From positions 48,796,001-48,860,000 of the forward strand of contig NW_024704742.1 of NCBI RefSeq assembly GCF_018977255.1: a stretch of 64,000 bases of DNA. Reading direction: 5' to 3'. Position numbers and translations under genes: made by a program. Below the pieces are notes generated by a model. The model saw only the letters and a list, made by a program, of their open reading frames with translations. It had not been told where the DNA came from and did not search any database. This document shows positions 11,676-24,409 of this stretch, one piece after another. The stretch's first letter is position 1. Every line of letters starts with the position of its first letter. The stretch comes from Callorhinchus milii (Eukaryota).

Positions 11676-13451
11676 GTTACTACCTCCCTCCACTTCCATT
11701 GTTTCTAGGCGAGCTGCAGGAAGAACAGTTGTTTTAATATTTGCCAGTTTTTAACTATTTTGTCTATTAAGCAATAGATATGTACAGAATACAGATTTCC
11801 TTAAATCATAAAAACTATTTTATGATAAGATCAAAGTTAAAGAAATATAAGTTCCTTTTGCTGCAGGTGTTTCTGGCAGGATGTAACTTCTATGAGTTAA
11901 GTCCTTAATACACAGTACTTGCTGTGAAGAGCTTGGGCTAACTGTCCTAGGTCTGTCCTACTTTCCTCACCCTCCTCCCTGGGGAATGTTCGTGCGGCGT
12001 TTGTGCAGATTTCTCTGCATCATGTATGCTTCTGATCACGGAGTTCAGTGTTTGAACGCAGCTGGGTTAACTCGATGGGTAAGGCACTGATCACATGCTC
12101 GATCCAGGATTCATATAAAAAAAATGTCAGGCAGGCAAATTGGCCTCAAAAATGTTTGTTTGGAAAAATGGCTTTGGACTGACACATTTATGTGCTAAAA
12201 TCAGGAGGGTATGCTTGGTTCCACAGTCAGGCTTTAGGATCTGATGAAAAAATGTGACATTCGATCAAATCTGTTTACAGTTGTGGGTTAGGGCTAGGGT
12301 TGAAGCCTGGGATCTCCATAAAAAAAGCCATATGATATGCTGCATGTTGATCCTTCCCTACCTCTCTTTCGGGTTGAGAGCAGCCATTTTGGCTCAGACG
12401 TCCATCAATAACAGTCAGGGGTTGCAAGATATGTTACCCACCATGTACATCTGTGAAACGCACTCAGTTGGTCTGCAGTAAGGTTTGTACTCCTGCCCAG
12501 TCCAGCCTCAGACTGAACCCACATGTGTGATTTTCTATTGGGGGTAACCTACCGGTTCAGATCCTTACAGAAAAGAACAGGAAGCCAAAAAGATGTGAAA
12601 AAGGTTAGAACCGTGTGCCATTGATAGCAAGTCTCCAATGTTAGTAGTAGCAGTTGAAAAGCACTCGAAGCGTATAACAGCAAGGAAATTTGCTTTGCGA
12701 CGTAAACTCTGTTTTCCTCTGGGTGTTCCCTCTTCGTCGTGCTGACAAAACCTTGGCTCCAGCCCAAGATCTCCTCAGAGTAAGGTGGACGTGATCTTCA
12801 GGGGTTTCCCTGCTGGAAATAATGATTACGTCACGAGACATCTTTTTCTGGCATTTTCACAGTTCGGACAAAACCTTTTTCAGCACCATTAGGTCAGTGG
12901 GATTTAAAATCCTCTAAATAGTGATCTGAGCAACACAAGGGAAACCCACCTTGTAATGTTGGTACATTTTCTTCATAAAATAATGGGGTTTAATCTGCTC
13001 TGTTCCTTAAAACTGTTTCTAGGCTAGTATAGAGATTTTGAGATTTCGCCTCAATTCTAGCTCCTGACTTCACCGTAGACAGGATTCTCTGCACAAAACA
13101 ATTCTGCCAAGTGAAAGAACTCAACAAATTTAGTTACCGCAGAGTTATTGCAATACGCCCATCGTTCGATTTTTCTTTCAATAAAACATGCTCTGTGAGG
13201 TCAACAGGCAGCCAGAAGGTGAATTGTATTTGCCCATGTGCTTGAAAGAATAGATACAGCGTGGAAAGCTATATTTCTTCCCAACAAACCTGCATGTTGT
13301 TTGCTTAGAAAGGATTTAGTTCAGATGCAGACTACTGCCTTATTAAAATGAGATTCACTTTCCTCTTTATCTGCCTGGTGGAATAGAGACCTCACTGTTT
13401 ATCATTCTCTAACTGCTCCATTTTCCTTCATTCTCCCACTGCTTTTTCTAG

Positions 13452-13838
13452 TGAGGAAGCTCCCAAGTCACTTAGACATAATTGTGAAGTGGAGCCATTG
13501 CCCAAAATTGAAGTAGAGAAAGCGACTCAAGATGATCTTGCCGGTCGTAAGGCGAGAGCCAATAAACGTGCTTCGGGCAGCTGCCAGCGCTTTGTGCATT
13601 TCGGCCCAGTGACTGAGATAGATCAGAAACGGTGGGAGAAGCTGAGCATCGCCAAGGCTGGCTCAGACAATGAGCCAGAGGACAAGGCAGGTAGCTGTGC
13701 TATCAAGGCCTACACCTGTCATCTCTTACCTTCAGTAGTCTCGGCAGTAGTCCAGACCTCACACGATAGTGAGAGGGGAGATCAATCTCAAGACATTGCT
13801 GAGAGGGAGATCTGTTTGGCTTCGTACAATGATCTCAG
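13452..13838 (+). CDS. LIMCH1: LIMCH1 putative cassette exon 4 (387 nt, phase 2-2)
   Basis: tttttctag|T GAG…CTC AG|gtacag. Translates EEAPKS…QDDLAGRKAR…QRFVHFGPVTEIDQKRWEKLSI…; end chosen by phase. Confidence 0.75.
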
Positions 13839-14281
13839 GTACAGAATACCACTGTGCTAATCTGGATTAAGGGTGGGATTCAATTTATACAATTGCATGG
13901 TGTTTGCTTACATTGGCAGATTCCTGTTAAAGCATGATGATAGCAATCAAATTAATCCTAGCTCACTGAATTCTCTTTTCTAAACTGACCTCAGCCTCAT
14001 ATGATGTACAGATATTCAGGAGTGTGTGTTTTTAATAATAATGCAGACATGAAAATATGCTGTGCAACAGTCTAGACAATGCTCTGCTGATTTAGCTTTA
14101 GATGTCCGTTGCACCAGAATAGGCTGCCGGAGACTCCAGTTATAAGATATTAACCCCATTCACTGCTGAATTTATGCAAGTAAGACTGCTTTTGCTAACA
14201 ATTTATTTATGCCCCAGTTTTTCCAAATTTATGACAGGGAATGCATTTCTACTTTAAAGGTAGATTCCCGGAAAGACTTGT

Positions 14282-14645
14282 GGAATCCTGTAGCGTAGTG
14301 GTTAGCATGCTCACTTTGCAAACGAGAGGACCTGGGTTCAATTCCCAGATAGGGCGAAACCTGAGTTTCCTTACTCCACACGCCTGTTTACCTAGCAGTA
14401 AGTAGGAACCCAGTTGTTAGTCAATTGGTGGATCGCTTTCCGGGGGTAATAATTTCCTCCCCCAAAATAATTTGGTCACTCACTCCACAGTTGTTTGTGG
14501 GACATTGCTGTGCGCAATTGGCTGCTGCGTTTCACCCACAAAATACAGAGTCAATCCACTTTACAGTATATTCGGTGAAGTGCTTTTTTAGATGTCTCAA
14601 CAATATGATAAGGTGCTATATTACATGCAAGGATTATTATTATTA
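14282..14645 (+). mobile_element. tRNA-Ala-headed SINE, long variant
   Basis: Head, gtttacctagcagtaagtaggaaccc module, body and tail. Confidence 0.9.
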
Positions 14646-14825
14646 AATGTTTTCCTGGTATATGATCTCTGGTTTCAGAAAATGTGTTGTTGTGGGAAAT
14701 TCAACAATGCAGCCCAGCGCAGCACTGTGAGCTCAAAGATCTGATCTGGGGCTTGAACGCACAATCTCTGACTAAAGTGCTACCAACTGAGCTAGGCTGA
14801 TAACTGTGATTCCAAAATTGCAAGA

Positions 14826-15090
14826 GAGGTCAGATAAAGAAGGCTATTCGATCCATCTTATTTCATACTTCTTGAAAACGCAACCTCCTGTCCTTCTACC
14901 ACAGCATCAAGCTGTTTTATTTTAATGAGTCCAGTGTCCTGGCCTCAATCACTGCTTACGGTAATACATTCTAGGTGTTATTTATCCTCTGGCTAAATAA
15001 ATACTTTCTGGTATCCGTCCTGAAATTGCCGTTTCCAACCCTAAATCTGGGTCCTCTTGTTCTGCTGTCTTTGTGCATCCGAAAGTACTA
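14826..15090 (-). mobile_element. Degenerate CR1 3' fragment
   Basis: Reverse complement resembles 7441-7660 and 51460-51700. Confidence 0.6.
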
Positions 15091-16236
15091 CAGCTGAAGT
15101 GGAGTAACGCTGCCTTCAGCAATAAAACGATAAAGGGCAGGAAAGCCTGATTTATATTTCCTCACTCCTGCTCACGTTGCCAGGGGCTGAGGAAAGTTTT
15201 GTGCAAGTGCAAAGTGATGATAAATAGGAGTTAAGATTCGTTACTTTATTAAAGAGGTTATTACACAATGATTTTCATTGATTTGAACCGGATGCATTTG
15301 ATTCCGCCTGAAGACCTTCCTTTATGATCGTGCTTATGATCGCCTCCCTCTTCCTCTGGCTCAGGGTCAGACTCCGCCACTGTTAAGCCCCCACTGGGAT
15401 GCTACCCAGCGTCAAGGGTGCTTTATAAATGCAAGTTGTTGTTGAGCTGTAGCTGTGCAAAGAAATGTGCTGTCAAACACACCTTCTGAAGGTGGTCTTG
15501 GTAATGGGCTGCAGCGTGATTCACTGGGACCTTGAGGAGCTCAAGCGTGCACAGCGTAAATCAGGCAAATGTTGAGAGTCCATTCTACACAAGTCTAAGG
15601 AGCTGAAAAACTGGGAGCTAGGAAAGGAGGCTTATTCACACAATACTACTCTAGCTCAGACTGAGTTACACCGATACGCCTTTCAGACCAATACCTCCTC
15701 CAGTTAAGCCAATAGTCCTTCACTAACAACAACAACAACTTACATTTATATAGCGTCTTTCTCGTCGGGGGGATGTCCCAGGGTTCTGGACGGTCAGGGA
15801 TTTGGATCCGAGCTGGGGGTTGGGGTCAGGAGGGGTGGAGGGCAGGGAGAGCAGGGGTAGGAGGGTGGCTGAAGGCACGGGCGAAGAGGAGGGTCTTGAG
15901 ACGTGCCTTGAAGGAGGGAAGGGAGGGAGAGAGGTGCAGGAACTGTGGGATGGAAGTCCAAAGGGTAGAAGCAGGAAGGCTGAAAGCCCGATTGCTGATG
16001 GTGGGGTGGGCCGGATGAGGAACATGGAGTAGGCCGGAGCCTGCTGAGCAGAGGGAACGGACATGGCCTTAGCAGGGAACATAGGTTGGAAGGAGCAACA
16101 TCTTCCGAGTTACTAGAAATAAAGGTGGAACCCATTAGATTCTAGGTGTTATCCTCTGGCTAAATAAATACTTTCTGGTATCTGTCGTGAAATTGCCGTT
16201 TCCAACCCTAAATCTGTGTCGTCTTGTTCTGCTGTC
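14968..16236 (+). repeat. ~100-bp direct repeat pair (14968-15069 and 16139-16236)
   Basis: attctaggtgtta…tcctctggctaaataaatactttctggtatc…cttgttctgctgtc occurs twice, with 4 substitutions and one 4-nt indel. Confidence 0.9.
15723..16110 (-). mobile_element. L2 LINE 3' fragment
   Basis: (AAC)n tail; reverse complement resembles 40460-40830. Confidence 0.8.
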
Positions 16237-17082
16237 AGCCAGGCTTCTTCAAACTGCCCAGGAATTGAGATTGATTAATAATAATAATCCTCAGATTTTG
16301 TATAGCGCCTTTTACATCAGGAGGACGTCCCAAGCGTTTCACAGGATGTATTGTAAAATGGAGTAGTTGTGTGTTCTGTCAGTGAATATCACGTTATGGG
16401 AGGTGGAGGAATTCAAGGTTGAGCTTTCAACATTTTTTTGTTAGGAATGAATTTGGGATAACTAATATCCAGTAGTAAATGTGAAGGCTTTTGACCGTTC
16501 TGATCAAGTAGCACATTGTTACTACTGTATGTTGCTTAACCCAACAGAGACTATGTAACCCAAACTCTGCAGACATGTGCATCTTACTCCTATAGTCATC
16601 ATCCTCTTGGAAGATAAGAAAATATTAGTAATGGCCCATGGGAAAGATTGTTACTGTAAATGTGTGTGGGTGGGGGGATGGTAGAGGACTTCTCCATTTA
16701 TAAGATTCAAAAGGATATGGGGTGAAATTTGTAATTTTTCATAACCTGTTCCTTGTGATAATTGTCACAGAAAATGCATTCTTAAAAGTTGCAATGTTCA
16801 ATCAACAGTGTGAGATCTAACTCCAATTTTATCCTGCAATCTGAACACAGGTCTCCATTAACCTTTTTAACCAGTGAATTAATCTAAGATCCAAGTTACA
16901 TTTCACCTCCAAAAGTCACAATTTGCTGAATGTTGAGGCTGTGCTTGCATAAAACTCACTTTTGTTCAATAGATTGCATTACGCGAGGGCAGAGTGAAGT
17001 GAGTTTGGTATTTAAGCATTGCAATGTGTTTGTCTCTGGTTTTCTGCTCAATTCTTCATCAATGCACCTCTCCTTCCAATAG

Positions 17083-17415
17083 CAGTAAACCCGAGGAAAC
17101 CTTTACAGAAATGTGCACAGCTGAGTATTTTCGAAACCCTCCCTCACCAGTCCTGACCGTCCAGACTGTCAATCTGAACGAAAGCATTTATAGTTCTAGT
17201 GAGGGAGAGGAAGACGAAGGGAAGATCCCAGATTTGGAGAAGGATGACATGATGACACGCCGGATAGGAGCCACCTGCAAGGCAAAAGGTCCTGCCTTTC
17301 AGCAGTTCCTCCCAGTTCCCAGCTCACAAAAAGGGGAGTCAAAGAATGAGCCTCTTAAAGAATACGAAAAGGACACAAAGAATGTGAGGAGCTCCAAGGA
17401 TGAAGCACCGTGGAC
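17083..17415 (+). CDS. LIMCH1: LIMCH1 putative cassette exon 5 (333 or 330 nt, phase 2-2, TAGCAG tandem acceptor)
   Basis: aatag|cag|t…TGG AC|gtgagc. Translates …SSSEGEEDEGKIPDLEKDDMMTRR…FQQFLP…. Confidence 0.8.
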
Positions 17416-20400
17416 GTGAGCTCTTTGTTTCTATATTTGTCATGGTGTCGGCAGTGTTTATAAACTTACTAATCAAAAGTGTGGAAATGCTTGTTCTGAA
17501 ATAAATAAGCTCTTCAGCATGTGTTCGATCTTTGTCTTATCTGTGTGCCATGTTAACAACCACAATGCCGATATAGAAACTCCCACAGAAATACTAGACT
17601 GATACATGAACTCTGTTTTGCCTGCTTCTAGGCTTCTGCTTTTAACAGTGAAATGCTTTTTAATTTAGCGATTTATAATGTCCTATAGTGTGAGTTTTAT
17701 TTTCACCTTGGAAATCTCCTTGACCCAGTGCAGATAAAATGTTTGTCATGGAATAATTCCTTGCGTGGGTTATTCCAGGGCCTAACAATAGTGCAATCCT
17801 CACATACTGAGCGAGTACTGCTCACAGTCCATTGTCCTGCTCATGATGCTACATGTCTCTTCTAGCCTGCCTCTAACTTAAATCACAGTGATAAATTGCA
17901 ACTGAAACAAAAAAAACAGAAGGAACTAAGAGAGGGAGATACTCACCTGACATCACAAGATGTTATATTTTGCATACGATGATTTATTGACATTTGTTCA
18001 GTTTGTGTATTGTTTCCCATCTAAAATAACTTGCACTTAAATGCATCTTTTATTTAGGACGAACATCTCAAAGTGCTTTGTAGAACCTAGGAGTGTGTGA
18101 ACAAGTAAAATTGTGAAGTAAAATAAGTGCTTTTTACCAGTTGGACCTTAGTCAATGTATCTTCTTTGGCACAGATTTGTTTACAGTGACACTCAGGTGT
18201 TTCCTAAAACATGATTAATTCTGAACGATTATCAGAGCCAATTTAGTACACCAAGGGCACTTTGTTTGCTGGTAAGTTTACCAACATTGGTGCTCTGTAG
18301 CTCCCTCTCTCCTCCTCTTCATATCTCTCCCTCTCTGTCTGTCTTTACTTCCTTCTGAAGGCCTACTTCTTCGACAAACACTTCTCCGTCTTCCTTGATA
18401 GGTGATTGAACCTATCGTTGTGAAGCACTCTGAGGTATCCTAGTGAAGGGTGCAATATAAATGCAAGTTATTGTTGTTGTCCTATTTCTTGTGAGTTTAT
18501 AACTATAATGACCTTGATGGTGTGACTTTATAATTGGAAAATCCTAGCGGCTTTGAGCAGTGGTGGCACATTTTTAGAATAGCATACCATTTGGCAATTC
18601 TTCAAATTTTCACCCGATGTTTTGAAGACGTTCAAATCAATATTTCACTCAATTGGAAATCACCATTGGAAAGATTAAAGTTTCTACTACAGTGTGAGTG
18701 ATAATAAATACTCAGGTGCTCAAGGATCTTACCAATTTACACTTGATTACTAAAGAGTTAAATAAAATGATGCATGGAAATGTTTTTTTTCATGCGTTCC
18801 AAATCACATTGTCCGTCTGATGATTGATAGGAATAAATTGAGACCTACTAATCTCCCTGATGTTATCTGGTAGAAATTGGATCTGAAAACTTGCTGCGAG
18901 TGTTCACAGGAAGTAAGCAGATCTGATGGCCAAAACTTGCCATTTGTCAACAAAAGACCGAGCCGAATGCTGACTGAATTTTGAAAGAAACAATTTCAAG
19001 CGTCAACTATGAATACATTTCACTTCACCTAGTTTACTGGTTATTATTTTGTTGTCATTCCAAACTTTTCCTACCAAAATAATTTTAATACTAAGAAGTG
19101 AAATGTTATTGCATGCATCAGATTCAGGGCTCAATGTTTTTCATTAACATTTGGCTGTTGTCTTTGTTTATTGTCGAATCATTGAAGTGGATTTTGACAT
19201 TTGCAGCATCTGGTGATGAGAGCTTTCATCATTGGAGTTTAAACCATTCCTCATTTTGTCTGTGTAACAGAACAACAGGACAATAGGGTTGAAGTAACTT
19301 GGAAAAATATTTTGTATTGTATCTCGAATAAACTCCCAAACCACAGTTTCAGTCTTCATAACGATGCTGAATATAACTCCAACTTATATTTATATACATT
19401 TACATAGCGCCTTCCACCTTAGGAGGCCGTTTTAAGGTGCTTAACTTGTAAGAAAATCAATTGTTTTACTGCTCTATTTAGATTGAAATTGAATTGACAC
19501 ATTTGTTCAACTCAGCAAAAACCTTTTACCTAATAACTCACAACTTCTAACTTTGTATCCGATTTTTTAATAAAGCATGTGTGTTAGAGTGTAAAGGATG
19601 GAGGATCTAAAATGTGGTGATTTTCAAACTGGATTCCTTAATGAAGCAATTAGGATTTTTGTTCCAATAACCAGATGTTATGCACAACATGCCAATCTGT
19701 GGGAACCATGGGCCAAAGCCATTTTGGAGCTGAATTCCCGCAAGCCACTGTGATATACTTCTGATTTCCTTCATTGCATCCCAATATGTTAATACATAGT
19801 TCCAATCTGCACCGGTCAATAAAATGACTTTGTAACTTTTTTATGTCTTTAACGATATCACAGTAGAATTGTTATGTTGTAAGAATAAAATATCAATACA
19901 TAATAGCAATCAGATATAATGTGCAAATGCATATTGGACTAAATACAGAATAAACTCCTCTGGTACTCGAAATATCCAAGTGTTGTTATGCAAAACTGGA
20001 AGATGCTGGGAGGCTGAACTGTAGTAAATAGTAAACTACATCAATAGAGTGGAAAGATTGATGTGAGTTGAGGTCTGTTTAATGTATTTGCTCCACTTTC
20101 AGATTACTGTGTTTTCTCATGCCATGAACCTTTGCACTCTGTTCCTTGACCGTTGCCAATGTGTCTTTGAAATCAGGCTCTGGAGATGAGGCTCAGAATT
20201 CTCCATGCACAGCTTAGAAGTCACCTGATGAAAAATATATGGTGGGGGGGAAGGTGGGGTGCAAAGTGCAACATTATCACAAGTGATAATTATCATATCA
20301 GCAGAATTTCCTGTCGATGTCCCAGTCATAAAAGTTCAATTAAATCGGTTTGTGCATCCTGACATTGAAGTGTCACTGGCAGAGTGGCAGATTGAATGGC

Positions 20401-20773
20401 GCCAGAGGAAAGCTCAATGACCATGTCAAGAGGCTTCAGGCCCAACCATCTTCATGCTATTGGGGGAAGGGGAATGTTCTCCATCCATTGACTGGACTAT
20501 TGAGAGGAACCGAAGTTCTGCCAATGTGTTAAGTATTGGTATTAATTGGCACATTGAATGTCAAACTTTTCATCCTGTGGTGCGATTCTCAGCCCTGTTG
20601 AAATTCTTTTTCACTGGTCACTGAGTCAAGATTCTGCTAAAACACCTGTTACACAGGCATACAATTTTGGTATTACTGTCGAGGTGTTTTATGTTTAGTC
20701 TCAATGTTATGCATTTTTGATCTTTCATGTGTTTTGACATTTTTTTGTATGTTCTTTATATTTGGTCCCATAG

Positions 20774-20809
20774 ATACAGTCCTACAGCTGCCCTTTCTGA
20801 TGATGCAGG
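20774..20809 (+). CDS. LIMCH1: LIMCH1 36-nt exon, phase 2-2
   Basis: cccatag|A TAC AGT CCT ACA GCT GCC CTT TCT GAT GAT GCA GG|gtaagt = YSPTAALSDDAG. Resembles the mammalian LIMCH1 YGPRTPVSDDAE segment as I recall it. Confidence 0.85.
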
Positions 20810-23800
20810 GTAAGTGGCATCTTGAGTTTAAGGGCTGCTGTTGAAAACTAATGGGATTATTGCATGCGCTTAATCCATTTTCATAACTGTTTACTAAACA
20901 TCAGCAATAAGCGTGTTTGTCTGGGCCTGCGTGCTTTACTAGTGCACCTATGTACAGCTACCTGCAACAACAACACATTTTATAGGAAGCAAATGAGCAA
21001 ATGATCCTGATTAAACAACACACTGTATATCAGAAAGTTGAATGCAGTACGACACTGTGCTGTTTGCATTAATAAGCAGGATACTTAGTTAATAATTTGA
21101 AAGAAATAGCTGTTACACACATAAATGCTTCTGTGGTTTACACGTTTTTACACTAGTAAATTAAATTGACGCATCTGGCTTTTGGTTTGATATCACAAAT
21201 TACTCCATAAGAAAAACAAGCTAAGAACTACCTGAACTTGAAACTAATCATATTTTCTTGGTGCAGATTTGTGCTCTTTAACCCTTTCTATGCCAACGAA
21301 TTGAGCTTCTTGTTGTATGTTTGCATACGCACCAATACCTGCACTGAAGAAAAAAGCTTTTTCCTAAGCTTTCCTAAGCTTCTTTTCACAAAGCAAAGGG
21401 CGGTATCGGCCACAACTGTGAGGATAAGTGACTCAGCTGATTTCTCTGCCACTCTCTCTGGTGTATGGTGGTTTGGTGGGGGAGGTTCAGGTTTTATTTT
21501 GCATGCTATGGGGTGAACAATGAAAAATGTCATGTTGTAATTATCACCTTTTGCTTCTGGCAATATCCTGGATGATAACTCACAAAGAACCCCCTTAAAA
21601 CAGTGCTTTAGAATTTTATTCTGCAGAGTTCTGAAATGATGCAGAAAATTGCCTGTTTTAACTTACTACAATCAAGCACTCAAAACTCAATGATAAGTTT
21701 ACACTTTTACTGTGTTAAAATTGACATCTGAGTTCATATTAAATTGATGTTTCCCACATCTCTTGAACTCCTTGCCTTAGTCCCTCAATCTTGTCCACTC
21801 TTTGCCTGTCTTCAAATCACACCTGAAGACTTTTCTCTTCGACTATGCCTTTGGTCACCTTCCCTCCTTTTCACTTTACAGTATATTTTGTGAAGCGCGT
21901 TGCGAAGTCTTGAAGACACGATAAGGCACTATATCAAATGCAAGGATTATTATAAGGGTAATACTCACCATATGTAGCATTCTGGAACTTCTCCTGGGAG
22001 CAGCTGTGAAGTTTCAAGAGATGGAGAGTGTGAAATGTATGCAAACTCTCGTACTACTAATTCTCATATATTTCACCATTTTACCATTTAGAAACTTTAC
22101 TCCAATTATAACAGTCAAATGCAGAAGAGCAAACAATGCACTTTGATTGTGAAGTTGTAAGGGAGGTTTAAGTGGGGCTGAAGGAATTATTTAATTTAAT
22201 CAATTATTTAAATCTCAATCTGCAGCTGCAGCTAGATTCGTAATAAAAACATTTTCCATGAAGCATCATTTGACATCCTGGAGCAATTATAAATATGTGA
22301 GTAAATAGGACCTGTAGGTTGATATAAAATCACTCAGCTTCTAGCACCTCAATGTTGATGGAATTCTCATTATACTCAGAAATTGGTTCTGAATATTTCA
22401 TCCTTCCTCACATGGCCTCGTAAAGTACAGCATGTATTTTATTGACCTAGTTTTGAGGACTCACATTGTATCTGAATTGGGGAATGCAATGATGTGTGAA
22501 TAAAAGAATGTACATTTTCAAAGGCATTTGACAAAGTGTCTCAAATAAAACCAGTTGAGAAAATTAATGCACATGGTTTTTAAAGTAGATTGGAGTCTTG
22601 GACAGAGGAAACATGAAGTACCATGGGGAGGGAATTGGGGGTTAGACTTGATAGCTCCTATAAAGTCAGTGGACTGAATTGCCTCCTACAGGTGCAATTT
22701 CTATGGGCTGAATGCATGTCACTGTAAATTACACTGGCTCTTATTCTAATTTGTTTCGTAAGGTGCCTGCTGCTCAAAGAGAACAAATGTCATGAATCAA
22801 GGCTGCACCAACTCTCAATGGAAATGGAACAGCATGAGCACTGTTAGATTTTCTGTTGTTTTCACACAAGAATGAGGAGACAAATTGTCCATTCATTCAT
22901 AATCCCTTATCACTTGGTTTATGTGCATCATGTTCCTGTGAGCACAGACAAAGGCAGATACTTCCATAACATCTTCCTGCATATAAGTTTTTTATTCACC
23001 CCATATGTTGTGTGACAGTGGTCATATTTTAGCTTGGGAGTGGAGATGGACTTGGCTGATTTGATGATCCATTAAACATTATATTAGCCTGTAGGGTGTT
23101 GTGATGAGAAGCTCAAGTCATACAGGGCTGATTGATTTACATTTGTCTTTAACCATAATTTTGTTAATTAAACTGCATGGCTTGTGGCACTTTATTCAGA
23201 TGACACGCGTTTGAAATGATGTGCGTGTTTCATTCTCACTGTATTTTTTTAAACCCTTCAGAAAATATGGAGACCATACTAGCTTGCACTTTTTGAAGTT
23301 TTAACTTTTCATGTCCCTTTCAGATCGTAAATCAGAACAAATAATAAGCAGGAATGCTTTGAGCACTAACCCATCTGTTTTTAACTGAAAACATCAGTGA
23401 AAGCAAATCAGGCATAAATTTGTACCACTTTTGTTGCTGGCTCTCCGTTTGTTTCAGATGTAACTCCCTCACAGAAATATCCCGTCTTCAAGATATTCTA
23501 GTTCTGAATGGGATCCCATTGGCCATTATCTCGCAATCTGGAACATTTCCCCCTCAATAATCTTTCTCCTTGACGTTTGGGACATTGTTACTCCACACCA
23601 CTGTTGTAAGAAAGTTTGTGAAAATAAAATCAGATTGATTCAATAATATGGCATTCAATCCTTGAACTAGGATATTTGATTTTTCCTTTTGATTACTGCA
23701 ATTGTAATGAATGCACTCAGCGCTGGTTGAGGAGATTTGACTAAATCTTAAAAAAAAACTCACATAATCAAACTAGTGTCTGATATAACCTAAGCAGGAT

Positions 23801-24244
23801 AATGGAGAGTTATGTTTCTTTTCCACAGTGGTTTGTGAAAGTACATTTTCTATTTTTCAAGACTTCAGATCTTAACTATACACGTTCATTGACATAGGAA
23901 CTTCCTGAAAGACTGACTTTTTATTCTTAAGAAAGCAGTTTAGTGTCACAAATTTACATTGAAACAAGTTGTATCTATCACATTGTTGTAAAACTTGCCA
24001 GAAGCTTGGTCAATTCCAAATGAATCACATCTATCTTACGACCGAAAGTTGTAGTTGTTTGTCAGTATGATGCTCAGAATGTGTCCTCCTGGTGAGATAC
24101 AAATTGTCTTCATAGGAAGAGCTGAGGAGTCTTTCACTGCACTTGCACTCCCATAGTGGGGACACGTATTCCTGAAATTACACCATCTCTGGGTGAAAGA
24201 GAAAGATTTTGAGAGATTCAGTATGTTTTTCTCCTACCTTGCAG

Positions 24245-24371
24245 AAGTGTCAGCATGAACGACATGAGGCCTGAAGATGACACTCTGGTGGAGCCGCACA
24301 GCAAAGCCCGACATGAGGAAATACGCAACATTCACAATCGGTTGCGTGAGGAACAGGACAAATGGCAAGAT
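24245..24371 (+). CDS. LIMCH1: LIMCH1 coding exon (DUF4757-region coiled coil), phase 2 to 0
   Basis: ttgcag|A AGT…CAA GAT|gtaagg. Translates SVSMNDMRPEDDTLVEPHSKARHEEIRNIHNRLREEQDKWQD. Confidence 0.95.
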
Positions 24372-24409
24372 GTAAGGCCTGAAACAAAGAGAATCCCCCC
24401 TGACAATTC

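Noticed and set aside
13681..13696. Donor GCAG|gtagct as the end of cassette exon 4
   Set aside because: It is phase 1 and would frameshift; the phase-2 donor at 13838 fits.
16720..16908. MITE with ggtgaaat…/…atttcacc termini
   Set aside because: Only a short imperfect match and no target duplication seen; insufficient evidence.
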